From assembly GCA_028534125.1 (NCBI GenBank), contig CM052818.1, forward strand, positions 22,694,001 through 22,758,000: a stretch of DNA of 64,000 nucleotides. The letters are read 5' to 3'. Under the pieces are notes generated by a model. It was not told the origin of the DNA. It did not search any database and was given only the letters and a program-made list of their open reading frames with translations. The stretch comes from Lama glama (lineage: Eukaryota). A program made the position numbers and the translations under genes. Shown here in pieces: positions 51,286 through 64,000 of the stretch; within the stretch, counting starts at the first letter, position 1, and every line of letters begins with the position of its first letter.

Positions 51286-51559
51286 TTTCAAATGAATTTT
51301 CTTTGACATTTGGAAAATGATTCCTATTTCCTAAAACAACGGTTCCTAATTAAGAAAGCAAATTATACAAAAATTAAAACAAATTTAAATTTTGTTTTCA
51401 CTTTTTGTAAACAACCAAAAACAGATCGATCTCCAGATCTCACCCCTAGAAATTCTGATTTTCAAACTCTGGGGTAGAGCCACACCAGTTGAGCCTCAGT
51501 TAAGAATCATTCGGATAAAATACTAATTTTAACACATTTTTCTGGCAGAACACTGATAC

Positions 51560-51870
51560 CAGCGGTTCTCAAGGTGTATAGTCACCGGACCCCTTTATGC
51601 TCTGAAATCCTATCAGGAATTCAAAGAAGTTTTGTTTACATGGGTTCTATCTATCAATATTGTGTTAGAAATTAAAATGAAGAAACTTCTAAGACACAGG
51701 AAATCACAAGCACACGTTGTATTATTATCATGAGTGATGATGCTATCACGTGTCACACAGCCTGGAAAAACTGCTACACACTCATGAGAGAACCAGAAAA
51801 ACAATTAGATGACAGCTTAGTATTATCATCAAAATTGTTTTCACCACAGACACCATGAAAGATACTCAGG
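51560..51870. mobile_element. Short hAT-Charlie element
   Basis: cagcggttctcaaggtg start; shares tatctatcaatat and ttagaaattaaaa with the 36587 element. Confidence 0.65.
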
Positions 51871-52851
51871 AACAACTAACATGCAAAAGAAATATTAACT
51901 CAAAGTCTAATCTGAAAAGAAAAACAAGAACTGATTGAAGCAAGGGTTCATTACTGGCTTTAAGAAAACTGTCACAGAAATTTTATCTTCACATTGTGAG
52001 ATACAATGACTCATAAGATGTTCTATAGCAAGTTAGGATCCCATCAGAAATTTAAGCTATTTCTGCCTTACATTTATTTATTCAAAGAACAGTGCATCTG
52101 GCAAAGGCTGCCCAATCTTATATAAATATATTCAAAGTCCATCTGGAATTTTATGCAGCCTTAACATGCCACCATGCATTTTTCCATTTGCTATCAATTT
52201 TAAAACTTAAGAAACAAAATAAAAGGATTTAGGCACAACCAAATTTTCCAGCACAAGACCATCCTCTCTGGTTCATTATGGACACAGCAGCCAGCAACTT
52301 CCTACAACACAACTCATTTCTCCCTTGCCTTGATAAAAAAGAAAAGCCTCATGGTTTATAAATCTTCTCATGATCTGCTCTGCCGTATGTCTCACCTACT
52401 TCCCCCTACAACCACACCCCACTTCCCAGGGAAAAAAAAAGAAAAGAAAATTTATTGACGTGCCTACCAATGTGTTCTGGGAATATCCGTGAAGATACAA
52501 AGATTACAGATGATCTAGAATTATAGATAATTCAGATAAGAACATATACTTCAAAGTGCGGTAAGTATTCTAAGATTATATACAGTGCTCCAAAAATACA
52601 ACAGAGGAAACTAATGCAGCCTGAGGGGCCAGCTGAGCCTTCTCTGAAGAAACACAGTTTAAGCTGAGACCTGAGGATAAAAGGGGGTGGAGTGAGTGAC
52701 CCCTGTGCTCTTGCCTATAGAACACAACCACTGGGAAGGCTGGCCCAGGTCCTTATCTGTACTTGGGCTTGGCTTGAGCCTTGTGAATCTCCTGCTTTTA
52801 CCTGCACATCCTGCTGACTACATCACCTGAGAGCCTCCTCTGGATGGACTG

Positions 52852-52942
52852 AAGGTGACAAACTGTCCTGGTTTTAAAACTGAAAGTCCTACATTCAGAG
52901 AACCCCTCAGTCCCAGCAAACCAGGATGGCTGGGCGCCCTAG
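52852..52942. mobile_element. MER94/MER81-like hAT-Blackjack fragment
   Basis: ggtgacaaactgtcctggttt...caaaccaggatgg...cccta, imperfect inverted termini. Confidence 0.55.
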
Positions 52943-52999
52943 CCCTCACATTACTTAATCTAAGTACCATGCTTTGGCCTAATAAAGAAAAATTGTGGC

Positions 53000-55530
53000 C
53001 CCATAATGGCTAAACTTTAAAAGACTGAAAATGCCAAGTCTCATCAGGCCTCACATACATTGACAGCAGAAGTGAAAAGTGGTTCAACCACTGTGGACAT
53101 CTGTTTGGCGATATCTACTAGAGTGTCCAGTAGATAGAGTATACCGCCCCATGAACCAACAATTCCACTCAGTATTTACTCAAGAGGAAGGAGAGCTTAA
53201 GGTACACCAAAAGGATGTTCACAGCAGCTTGGTTCACAGGAGCCAAAACTGGAAGCCACTCGAATGTCCACCTATGGGAGAAGAGGCACTGCTGGGCCAG
53301 AAAGAAGAGTAAGTGACAGAAGCAGTAACAAAGACGGACCCCACAGACGTCGTGCTGAGTGAAAACATCAGGCAAAAATACTGCAGGCATGCCACTGAGA
53401 GAAGTCACAGACCAGGCAAAACCAACGGGGAGTGGCAGACATCAGAGAAGCGGTTACCTGGAGGGGAAGATGGTGGCAATGACCAAGAAGGGGCACAAAG
53501 GAACCCAATGAGGTATTAGAAAGTCTGTCCCTCTTGATCTGAGTGGTGTAAGAGAAACGCACACATCTGTGAAAACTGATTGACCTGTACACTTTACCTG
53601 TTACACTGTATTTCACATCTTGATTTTAAAATACAGAACTAGGATTTCTCCTTCCAGACCAATGAAGTAACAGGGACCACATCTACCCTCCTGCCTGAAA
53701 TAACCAGAATTTACAAATTTTGGTTTTTACAAATTTACTCCAAAACATCAAAAACTAATAAATAATTTTAAAAGCAGACAAAATACATGAAACATGAGGC
53801 CACTGGCACATCAGGCAATGAAGACTAGAGATCCCTGAAAGACAGGAAACAGAGGGTGAGCCCCAGCACTGGCCCTCCTGATTGCCTAGGCAACAATGAA
53901 GGAGGGGAAACTGGCAAGTCTGGCAGACTCCTGGAATGAGGAGACAAAGGTGAGAGACCAGGCAGATCAAAGAAACTAGAGTCCAGAAGACAGAGTACAA
54001 GACGAGAGAAAACCTGGAGATTGCAGATGGTGGTCCTGGAGCACAGCACCCATCAGTGAACACAGGAGAGGAAACTGCCGTAAACCGGGGGAAGAGTGAG
54101 AGGGGACACTGCCCAGTGCTCAAATGGGGCCACAAACAGTGCTTGTTCCCAAATGACCACACTGGAAAAACTCATAATTCACACTGTATTGGGTAGAGTA
54201 AACAAAAAGGTCTTGCCTAAGTAACAGGGAACAATTAAGCCCTAGTCTGAGCACTTATTGTTCAGTATCCACTTAACACATACACATTAAGTCATAAATG
54301 CAACAACCAAAAGGACCAAACTGTTTCCCAGTGACTTGAGTGTATCCCAGAACAAGGTTCAACAGATTTATAGGAATACAAGAATATCCAGGACTCAAAA
54401 ATCTAAAATTTACCACTGCTACACACCTATTAGAAGGCCTAAAATTAAAAAGACTGACCATACAAAGTGCTGGCAATGATGTGAAGAAACCAGAGCTCTC
54501 CTCCACCCTGCAGACGGGAATGTACAGTGGTACAATCACTTTGGCAAATAGTTTGCAGTCTCCTAAAAAGCTAAAAATATCCATCATATGATAAAGCTAC
54601 TTCACTTCAAACCAAGAGAAAATGTATGTCTATCCAAAGACTTGTACACATTCACAGCAACATTATTTGTAATAGCCAAAAACAATATTGAGTCTTCTAA
54701 TTCCCAAACACACTGATCAATGGTTTGTTCTTTTTGTTGAGCTGTATTCCATTCTATGGATGCACCACAGTTTGTTTATTTACTCCATTGTTGATAGACA
54801 TTTCTCAGTATTGTTAACATGTCAATTCTCCTCCCAAATTGATCAACGGATTTAACACAACCCCAATCAATACCCCAGCAGAGTTCTGCTGAAATTGATG
54901 AGCTGATTCTAAAATTTATACAGAAATGCAAAGGATCTAGAATAGCCAAAACAATTCTTAAAAACAGAAATCAAAGTTGGAGGGCTAACATTACTTGATT
55001 TCAAGAAGTATTAGAAGCACAGGGAACAATATTCAATATCTGGTAGTAACATGGTGAAAAAGAATATGGAAACAAATGTGTGTATGTTCCTATATAACTG
55101 AAGCACTGTGCTGCACACCAAAAATTGATGCAACATTATAAACTGACTATACTTCAATAAAAAATATATTTAAAAAGTATTAGAAAGCTATAATAATCAT
55201 CCCAAGTGTATTAATGGTGGAAAGACCAACAAGTGGATCAAAAGAACAGACCAGAAAGGCCAAAAATGGGGCCATGCATACATGACCAACAAATTTGACA
55301 AAGGCACAAAAGCAATGCAATGGAGAAAGGATAGCCTTTTTCAACAAATGGTGCTGGGGCAATTAAATATGCATCCAAACCCCTGCTCCCAAAAGAAACT
55401 GAATATGGATAGCTTGCACAAAAATTAAATAAAAATGGGTCATAACTTAAATCTAAAACTATAAAACTTCTACAAGAAAATATAGGAGAAGACTAAATTA
55501 CAGCAAAGTATAAAAGCAAAACTGATTCAT
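53000..55530 (+). mobile_element. Mosaic of old L1 fragments (3' UTR, 5' region, ORF2) with a short inverted piece near 54690-54810
   Basis: ORF2-like gaaattgatgagctgattctaaaattta, tttcaacaaatggtgctgg; antisense gtattccattctatggatgcaccacagtttgtttat. Confidence 0.7.
55017..55174 (+). mobile_element. Young L1 3' end nested in an older L1
   Basis: gcacagggaacaatattcaatatc...tgactatacttcaataaaa; TSD aagtattagaa at 55006-55016 and 55175-55185. Confidence 0.88.
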
Positions 55531-58500
55531 ACTTTCTGGAAGGCTCTTTAGAAACACTTTTAAAAACCTTAAAACCTGCTCATGCCCTCTAATCCAATCA
55601 TTCCACCAAAATAGACAAATTCATGACATTCAGAAAGTATCTGCTAGGATAGTTATGGAAGCATTTTTTTCAACTCCTTTTCCCCTGTAAACTACTAAAT
55701 AGTCTAAAAGAATTCTCTAATGTACATACTATTTAAAGCTGTCAATTATGTGATATATGAATTATCAATATAAGAATCATGAGTCGTCTCATACTATAAG
55801 ATATAATCTTTTTCAAAGTTTTAAGCAGTCTGGAAACCAAAGATCAGAACATTGATAGTCCACCATCGACAAAATAGAAACAAGAATCAATCAAAGGGTA
55901 CAGGATGACAATTACGTTTCTGCAGAATCTTTCCTCCTGAGAGGCCTTTCACTAACGAGCTTCATAACTGCTAAAAATTTCATATAATCCTATCATCCCC
56001 TCCTATCCTATTTATAGTCATTTATTTTCCCCCCTCCCCCTATAGTCATTTATATGAAAAGATATACAATTCTAAGCAAGCTTTTAAAAAAGTCTTTTCA
56101 AACAGGGAAGAATATGGAAAACATTTCTCCAACTGTATTGACTACTGAATAATTTGAAAACAACATCAACAAAAGAAGAAATGGATTTGCTGCTTAAACT
56201 ATGAAAACCCAACAAAGGAGTCAACCATAGTACACCTTAAAGGCAAAAAGAATTATTAACATGTAAAAGATTTTATTTCCTGTTCTTTTATCTCAGGAGA
56301 GGTCTTTCCAACACCTTCAATAATTTTTCTACCAGGTTGAAATTAATTTCTCTCTGGAATTACAGTTTCACCCACATGAGTTACTGATACTCTAAAATGT
56401 AAAGCAAGTTTGACTAACCAGCTATTTTTACAACCTTGCCACTAAGACTCACAAATCCCAACAATGTGAAAATATTCTTGCAGCTTTAAAGACTAATGGA
56501 AGTATTGTACACTAGGTGGTGGAGGGAGGACAAAACACAAGAAAAAGTAGGAGACTATAGGGAGAAAAAACTGTGTTAAGAAGGATGAATTTACAAAAAT
56601 CATTATTTACGGAAAGAAGCCGGATAGAACCAAGATACTGTATCAGATGGTATCTGAAGCTACACTTTATTTCAACATCTATAAATACTGGCCAACAGAA
56701 ATGTTCAATGTAGCTGTGAAGAAAATTAATTACTCCAGTAAACTATGGGGCAGGAAAAATCATGCTCATGAAGTGCCATGATTGGAAAGTAACCCTTTAA
56801 CCCAGATAAAAACTATTCTTATCTGGCATTCAGGTAAGGTGCAATTTCTACTCTATCCTTTACTGAAGGGAATTAAAAAGAAAAAAGAAAAAAAAACTCA
56901 AGAGTTGATCTATGTGCTGTATAAAATGCAGGATACAGAAATTAAAAATAAAAGTAAATTGTAAACTAAGCCTTTTATTTCTCTTCAAAATCATATACCC
57001 ATCTAGGCCTAAAAATTCAAGGTCTCCCACGAGTGAAAATAGAGTACATCATCCTTTGGAAGTTTCAAAAATTAATGACACAAACTAATGCTAATTCCAG
57101 TGTGGATTCAAAAAAAAAAAAAGCTGATTAGAGTAAGCATGTAAAGTAATGACATTTTATCATTCTATTTCTATGTAAGAATATGAAAGCTCAAGAAGTA
57201 ACATTCCTATTCTACCAAAGTAGTGTAAATCCAGGGATGATTTTATTCTCTATTCATTTACAAATTAAAGAACAAAAGGAGATAGGGCAGGAGAAATTCC
57301 TTTCACTAAAAATGACTCCAATATGCATTTTTAGAATTTAAGTACTTCTGCCCTTCCCTCCCTCCACAAAGACACAAACTAAAAACACAAGTTTATACCT
57401 AAAAGACTACTAATAACGTTATGCCCAAGGGTATTTACAAAGGCTTTTTTAAAGGATGCAGCACAGAGCTCTGAGCATCAGTTTAGAAGATTTTCAGTAT
57501 AGTGGGGAAACTATATGGAAAAAAGAGGGTACAAGGAGGGCTTCTGAATGACCATCTCTTTCACTTAAATAGAAGCATCCTCGTTAGGAAATGTGTAACA
57601 CACACTGCTCTGTGCTAATCTCTATTAGTAACTGCAGTACAAATGAATTAAAATATCTCTTCCAGTGCTGGTGATGATGGAGGGTGGCGGTGATGGTGGG
57701 TCACCATTATGGAGGAATAAAAACATACTCCAGGAAAGATACATGGCGAGGATTCACTGTCTCAGATGGGGGAAGAAGCACAAGGCAGTACCAACAACTA
57801 GTCTCATGGGTTGCACTTCCCAAAGATACCACATCCTGCTGCCCTTCACGGTGTACTCTCCTGCTCCCACCGAGCTTTCCTTTGTCTTACACTTTTTCTG
57901 ATATAATGGGACCTATGTACTATGGCCTTGAAAAGGGGAACAAAAGTATGAAAAGGGAAAAAGCCTTCAGCCCAAAAGCTCTCTACAAGAACTGATGGAA
58001 GAGGTACAAACATATTCAAAGCAGCACATTTTTTAATTTGCAACTTATCACTAAAGGTTGGACTGATATTGAAAAGGTTCCTACACTAGAAAGGCAGAGG
58101 AGGCTTTTGAGACATTCATCACCAAATATTTAAATGTCCACTATGTGGAGTCAGTGGCAACAAAGGAATACAAGACCAGGGGTACCACCCTCAAAGAGCT
58201 CATATTCTAATTTGACTTAATGTTGCTATGACTTTTAGAAAGTTGCTGTTTTCTCTTTGGGCCACTGTAAAAATAAGAGCTAATAATAACATAAATTAAC
58301 AAATTCTGGTTGTAATGATTAAAAGAACAAATGAATATGTGCCTAGTGTAGCGCCTAAAACACAGAGTTCAAAACTTAGTTTTCCTTCCTTCTTCAAGAT
58401 AAAGTATTGGCTTACAGATGTAAAATCTCTTTTGATATACAAGTTATTATCAACTTATTAAAATGCAAAGCCTATGAACAAAAGGCCAGATGAAACAGCA

Positions 58501-59659
58501 CTGATTTACAACTAACAGAGCAAAAATATCTGAATTAAGCTTAAAGATTGCACAAAATCAAACAAAATATTGGCATAATCTTTAAAAATGTATAAAAATG
58601 TACATTTATTAATGCTTACAGGATTTGTAAGTCTGTTTTTAAAAATGACAATTTGTATCTGTTCTCTAACACAGAGGCAATTTTGACACAAGCTTTGGTC
58701 TTTTATCCACCTGTGTCCTCAAGAACTGAAGACCACCACACCACTGGCTACTAAGAAAAATGGAAATGAACAAATAAGGCCATCTTCAGTGCCTTAAAAT
58801 TTTATTACTTTTATTCTATGTGTGCAATAAACATATAGAATAAAAGGAGCCCCTTCTCACATCCTGCACCAAGAAAATGAAGATAACGAGAAAAAGGGAT
58901 AGAGTACACCCACCCGGGCCCCAGGCCTGGAGTCTGTGTAATGCTGCGGATGCCAGCTTCACCTTCAGAGAAGGAGTAAGGCTCCTGAAAGCCTTACAGG
59001 TGAAGGTGATAAATGGGCCATGGCAGGAGCCATCAAAGATGCCTCGAACGTCAGCTCAGCGACAGAACTGGCCAGACCCAAGAGGATTTTCTCCTCATAA
59101 GGATTCTCTCCATCTCTCTACACGAAGAATCTCCCCTCTACACTGTCCTGTTCTTACCCCAAATTGTCATGAAACAGTTCTTTCCTCTTTTATAAATGTG
59201 TAGGCAATTGGGGTACTTTTACTTTTGAATGATCACTCCCTAAAAGCACTGGGTGTCACTTTATAAGTCCCCCTGACAGGGGGTGGGCGTCCCTCCTGGG
59301 CATGTCACCTCTATCATAGCACTTACTCTCCTACAGTAAACCAGCCTGTGTCTGTAACCCACGGGGCAAAAGGGTTTCCGACAGCAGGGACAATGTCTGG
59401 TCACTACAAACATTCCCAGCACTCAGAATAGACCCCTGCTCCTCCTGAGATGTTCAGTGAATTATTTATTTAATAAATAAAGAACAAGATATTGGAAGGA
59501 ACACGGTCCATTGAAAATAACTGGACTTGGAGTTTCCAGTTCTTGTTCTAGGATGTCATCCACTTGATGTATAATTCTGAATGGAATATATGAAACACAG
59601 CAATAATAAGCCTTATTCACCACTATCATCCATCTTAATACCACTGTTGCCAATATTTA

Positions 59660-60205
59660 GATATTCTCAACCTCCTTCCTTCCCTTTGGAGAAATCAGAA
59701 AGCTTATAATTATCTCCCAGCTTCCCACACCCCCTATCCTCCAAGTTATAAGCATTGGAACTGGTGTGAGGTGTACTGGGAGGCTATGAGGCAGGGGTAT
59801 TGTCCTGAGACTCTTAGCCATCAGCAAACGAAGTTGAAAAGGTGAGGCTTTTATGCAGCAATTTCCATTCTCCAAGTTCCTAGGTGCCAAGACAGGGGCA
59901 GGCATCAGTAAGCTTCTTCATATGACTTCGGTAACCTTGGACTGAGGCTTCAGGTGACCATTTTCCAACTTCCTGGCTGTGAAGGGCAATGGAAAAAGCA
60001 TGCTGCTTGCTAGCTTAGCTCCAGAGAAGGCTTTAGAGGGACTAGGTTTCCATGTGGGTCACTTCTCTGTACTGTTCTGCGAGTCTGCCAGGGGCCCAGC
60101 CTAGGTCTGTTCCTCCCAACTTTCCACTATTTTGTAAGCACTAAATTCCCAGTAACAGATCAAATCTGGACTGGCTTCTGTTTCTTTCACTGACTCTGAT
60201 TCAAA
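59660..60205 (+). mobile_element. Possible old ERVL-type LTR
   Basis: GC-richer block ending ttgtaagcactaaattccc...ggcttctgtttct..actgactctgatt, similar to recalled ERVL LTR 3' ends; family not determined. Confidence 0.4.
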
Positions 60206-60522
60206 AAGCTACCATTTTCTGTACATCCCATGATTTACCAGACATTTTATTCATTTAATTCCTACAAAACTCTCAAGACACGGAGGGTAACAGTAGGTAG
60301 AAAGCATTAGCTAGCTCCTTGTAAATTAAAGATGAAGACACTAAGGCTCAGCAAGGTTAATAAATCTGCCCAAAGTCTAAATGGTAGACCCATATTAATA
60401 ATGACCAGGAAGACTCCAAAACTTGTTTTGCCACAATGCCATACTGGACAAACATAAAATGGGCTATAGTCATATTTATCTTCTCCAAAATAAATTTTTA
60501 AAAGATAAAACAAAATACAGAA

Positions 60523-60728
60523 CTTGGGTCAAGAACTCAGCTATAATATACAGAGGGTCTAAACAGGTTATGTCTAAGGTACTTCCACGTCTTGGGTCAA
60601 GAACTCAGCTATAATATACAGAGGGTCTAAACAGGTTATGTCTAAGGTACTTCCACGTCTTGGGTCAAGAACTCAGCTATAATATACAGAGGGTCTAAAC
60701 AGGTTATGTCTAAGGTACTTTCACGTCT
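60523..60728. repeat. 68-bp tandem repeat, 3 copies
   Basis: Units start at 60523, 60591 and 60659; copies 1 and 2 are identical, copy 3 has one substitution (ttccacgt to tttcacgt). Confidence 0.97.
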
Positions 60729-61759
60729 AAAATTCTACAGCTTGAAATGCTACATGAAAACACATTTTGAGCTATTCTAAATAAAGGCAATATATAAAGG
60801 AAAAAGCACTAGTAGAAAGAGGTAGCAGCAGGAAGCTGTAGAATTCAAAATGTATATTATACTTCAATGGAAAGTTTTTTTAAAGATAACCTGTGGAAAA
60901 TTTTAGATTAGCCACTCAGCCAACAATAAGGATATTCATTAAACTCGTCATATGAAAATACAAAACATGAGTCTATATCCTTCCAACCCACAATTTAAGT
61001 CAAGCTAACACAAGGTCTTTAAAGAAGCTTAAGAATAGCTAATTATTGGAATGCCTCATTTAATAATCAATAAGCAACGTGACATCAATTTTAAAATAAT
61101 TATATAGTACTTGCTTTGTTTAAAAAGATAATAGTAACCATTAACATTCAAAGTAACAGATCAATAAAAAAAGTGTATCATAAAACATAATTAACTTGTC
61201 AAATAAAAAACCTCTATAATATTTACAGTTGATGATAATTTGATTAATGAGACACAAACTTGCCATAACTGATAATTATAAAATGTCATTCACAAAAATA
61301 AAAACATTACAAAGTAGCAAGAGAAAAATGTTCTTACGAATGAGTATTACTTTTAATGCAGCGACAGAAAATAGATCTTTGTGCCAACTCCAATCAGCTG
61401 GTAGTAGCTGCCTGGAAAAGACTGAGAAGGTTCTCCAGGGGCAGAGTTAGGGTTCAAGGTCTCAGATTAGCCACATCTGGACTTGGATTCAAAAAAGAAG
61501 AGTGTCAGGCTGAGGTCTACACATCTACATACTTGGCAGACTACGAAGCAACAGAACTACGGGCTATGTCCTCATAATGTCAAACTTCACAAGAAAATAC
61601 AACAGACATCTAGAAATCCTTATCCCTCCTAATAAAATTTGTGGTCAAAGCACAAAAACTGGAAACAAGAAAAAGTTCTTTACACACAACAGTAATTTCT
61701 GTTGTTTTATTTTCTCTTCTCTCTTTAGTATTCTTTTTGGAAGTATTACAATTTCAACA

Positions 61760-62340
61760 ACTGGGCTGAATGACTCAGAGAAGATACAGTTGTTGATCAG
61801 ATAAGTGAACTGGAGTATTACATCAAAGAATTTTTCCAGTAAACCACACAAAAGGCCTAATAAAAGAAAAGAATGAGATCAATTAACAGAAGTCACAAAC
61901 CTTTGTTACTAGGAATTCTATAGAGAAGAGACAAGAAATAGAAATCTTAGAAGAAAATATCCCTGAACTAAAACAAATTACAGGTCTTCCCTCATTTGAA
62001 CATACATAAATTGGTTGGCTGAAATAAGTCCAACATGTAGACATACTCTGGCAAGATTTCAGAATGCCAATTCTAAAAGAAAAAGCTTCCAGAGGAAAAA
62101 ACATGTTACCTACAAAAGAGAAAGAACAATACTGACATCAGACTTCTTATCAATAACACTAGATTCTAGAAGACAATGGAGCAATTACTTCCATGTTCTG
62201 AGAGGATATTATTTTGAACCTAGAATTCTATAAAGAGCCAAACTAACACTAAGTGTGATGGTAAGATAAAGACGTTTGAAGGCATGCAAAGATTTAGAAA
62301 GCTCATCACCCATCAACACCTTGTGAAAAAAATTTAGATG
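61760..62340 (+). mobile_element. Decayed L1 ORF1-like remnant
   Basis: ORF 62015..62233 has L1 ORF1p C-terminal motifs (VTYK..I.LTSDF...TLD.RRQW...F..L....FEPRIL). Confidence 0.7.
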
Positions 62341-62471
62341 AGGGCAAAGCAAAACATAAATGTAATTCAAAAATAAAGATAACTTGGGTACAAAACCCCC
62401 TCCAGCATTTATTAAAGACTTTTCCATTAAAATTAATTTAGCAAAAGTTACTCAATATAAAAAAGCCATAC

Positions 62472-63075
62472 TGTCGATCTTACAGAGAAAAATGCGCAAC
62501 TCAGAAGTTGAGAATTATGTTTTATTTGGTTGATTTTCTGAGGACTTCAAGTTCAGGAGACAGCCTCTCAGATAGCTCTAAGGTAAGGGAGGAGCCAGAA
62601 TATAGGGATTTTTTGCAACAAAAACCAATTAGCACATAGAAAAGCAAACTGGTGGTTGCCAGGGGAGAAAGCTGGTGGGAGGCAATAAACTGGGAGTTCG
62701 AGATTTGCAGATACTACTATATATAAAATAAACAAGTTTCTACTGTATAGCACAGGGAACTATATTCAGTTATCTTGTAGTAACTTATGGTGAAAAAGAT
62801 AATGAAAACAAATATATGCATGTATATGTATGTCAGAAGCATTGTGCTGTGCAACAGAAATTGACCCAACACAGTAAACCATATTTTAATTGAAAAAAGA
62901 AAAATTTTTTTTAAAAAGACCAGGTTCTTGGAACATCAAAAGATTACTATTAGTTAAAGAAAAACAGATATCTCAAGTTAATGAATTTAGCACTTTTTTA
63001 TGCATGGGAAGATGCAAGATTCTGGACTTACTGAAATCATTCCTTTGACATGCACCTTAGCTATCTAGTGCTGGT
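62472..63075 (-). mobile_element. ERV1-type (MER41-like) LTR fragment interrupted by an L1 3' end
   Basis: gaagttgagaattatgttttatttgg...gacagcctctcagatagctct...tcaagttaatgaatttagcac...atgggaagatgcaaga...aaatcattcctttga, recalled from artiodactyl LTRs. Confidence 0.6.
62630..62915 (+). mobile_element. Young L1 3' end nested in the LTR
   Basis: aactgggagttcgagatttgcagatac...ctgtatagcacagggaactatattca; similar to the 34238-34989 copy. Confidence 0.85.
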
Positions 63076-63234
63076 ATCAGAATTGGGGTATTTTGGCCAG
63101 TGTTAGCATGTTATTAATTTAGAAATATTTGAGATCATAGGTCAATAAATAAATAGACATATGAACAATTTTCACTTAAAGACTTCACTTTTTCCAACCC
63201 CTGAATGGTGATTAAAAAATACACCACTCCTAGT

Positions 63235-63463
63235 AGGGGAGGGATAAATTAGGAATTTGGGGTTAACTTATACATAGTACTATATATAAAGCAGATAAAC
63301 AACAAGGACCTACTGTACAGGGAACTATATTCAATACCTTGTAATAACCCATAATGGAAGAGAATCTGAAAAAGAATACATATGATATGTATAACTGAAT
63401 CAACCTTGCTATACACCTGAAACACAATACTGTAAATCAACTATACTTCAATTAAAAAAAAAA
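63235..63463 (+). mobile_element. L1 3' end
   Basis: gggataaattaggaatttggggttaac...aacaaggacctactgta...aaatcaactatacttcaattaaaa. Confidence 0.85.
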
Positions 63464-63976
63464 CACATCACACCTCAGAAAACAATCCCAAGAAAACAAA
63501 CAAACAAAAAAAACAAAGAGAATCTGTAAAAACTACTGAAGGCCTAAGTCCATCACAGCAAGGCTCTGAGCATTATCCAGGAATCTATCTTAGAATTCAG
63601 GAGATGGTTGCCTAGGGGATGCCCAATACTCATTTATTAAATTTCAAAAAAATAGACTTCTTGACAGAAAGGGTAATTTGGCTGCCAGGTTTGTCAAGAA
63701 GTACTGGCCTTGCCATTAAGGTTATATTGGTACTCATTTTCCATTGAATAAATAAAATCCACAGCTCCAATAATCTGATGAAAATATATTTCAATACAAT
63801 TTGTATTATAGTTTGTACATCAATTTACAGGTTGTATATATTTGAATATATAAGTACATACATAGTACAAGATCCAAACATTTTATCAGAGATAAATTAA
63901 AATGCAAAGGTATATTTAAATGAACATTATGTCACCTTTCCCAAACCCTTCTGAGTATATTGATTTAAAGGTCCCT

Positions 63977-64000
63977 ATGATGGTTAGTTTTGTGTATCAA
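63977..64000 (+). mobile_element. Start of an MLT2 LTR cut by the window edge
   Basis: tatgatggttagttttgtgtatcaa resembles the MLT2 5' terminus; only 24 nt visible. Confidence 0.5.

Noticed and set aside
57660..58043. Overlapping ORFs in a slightly GC-richer patch as a retrocopy
   Set aside because: No recognisable protein, poly(A) tail or TSD.
60523..60728. CRISPR-like array
   Set aside because: Units are contiguous with no unique spacers, there are no cas genes, and the DNA is mammalian.
1..64000. Supplied six-frame ORFs as independent genes
   Set aside because: All are short (135 aa or less) and low-complexity, repeat-derived or unrecognisable. Only 24314..24559 contains a real exon; 40285..40551 is the SERF2 retrocopy; 48111..48383 and 62015..62233 are L1 remnants.
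44455..64000. Upstream MTA3 exons or promoter
   Set aside because: No sequence found for the preceding peptide (..VEAKVVCFYRRRDIS..) and no CpG island; they must lie beyond the right edge.

Overview
AT-rich mammalian genomic DNA, very probably camelid: it carries six copies of a tRNA-derived SINE resembling camelid Vic-1. The whole window lies inside one minus-strand gene, MTA3 (NuRD subunit, metastasis-associated 1 family member 3). Five internal coding exons (127, 64, 118, 103 and 100 nt; all GT-AG; 512 nt) splice into one open frame encoding the end of the BAH domain and most of the ELM2 domain. The gene's start and end lie outside the window. The rest is intron, filled with L1, L2, MIR, LTR and DNA-transposon remnants, plus a SERF2 processed pseudogene and a 5S rRNA retro-pseudogene. 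None of the supplied six-frame ORFs is a credible independent gene. I found no convincing previously undescribed biological system. The best leads are modest: a 139-bp dispersed duplication and a (UG)24 tract just upstream of one exon, a candidate poison exon, a NAGNAG acceptor, a SINE carrying extra 3' sequence inside its target-site duplication (TSD), an L1 nested at a nearly homologous position in an older L1, and a 68-bp triplication. Repeat family names come from recalled consensus sequences and repeat boundaries are approximate.
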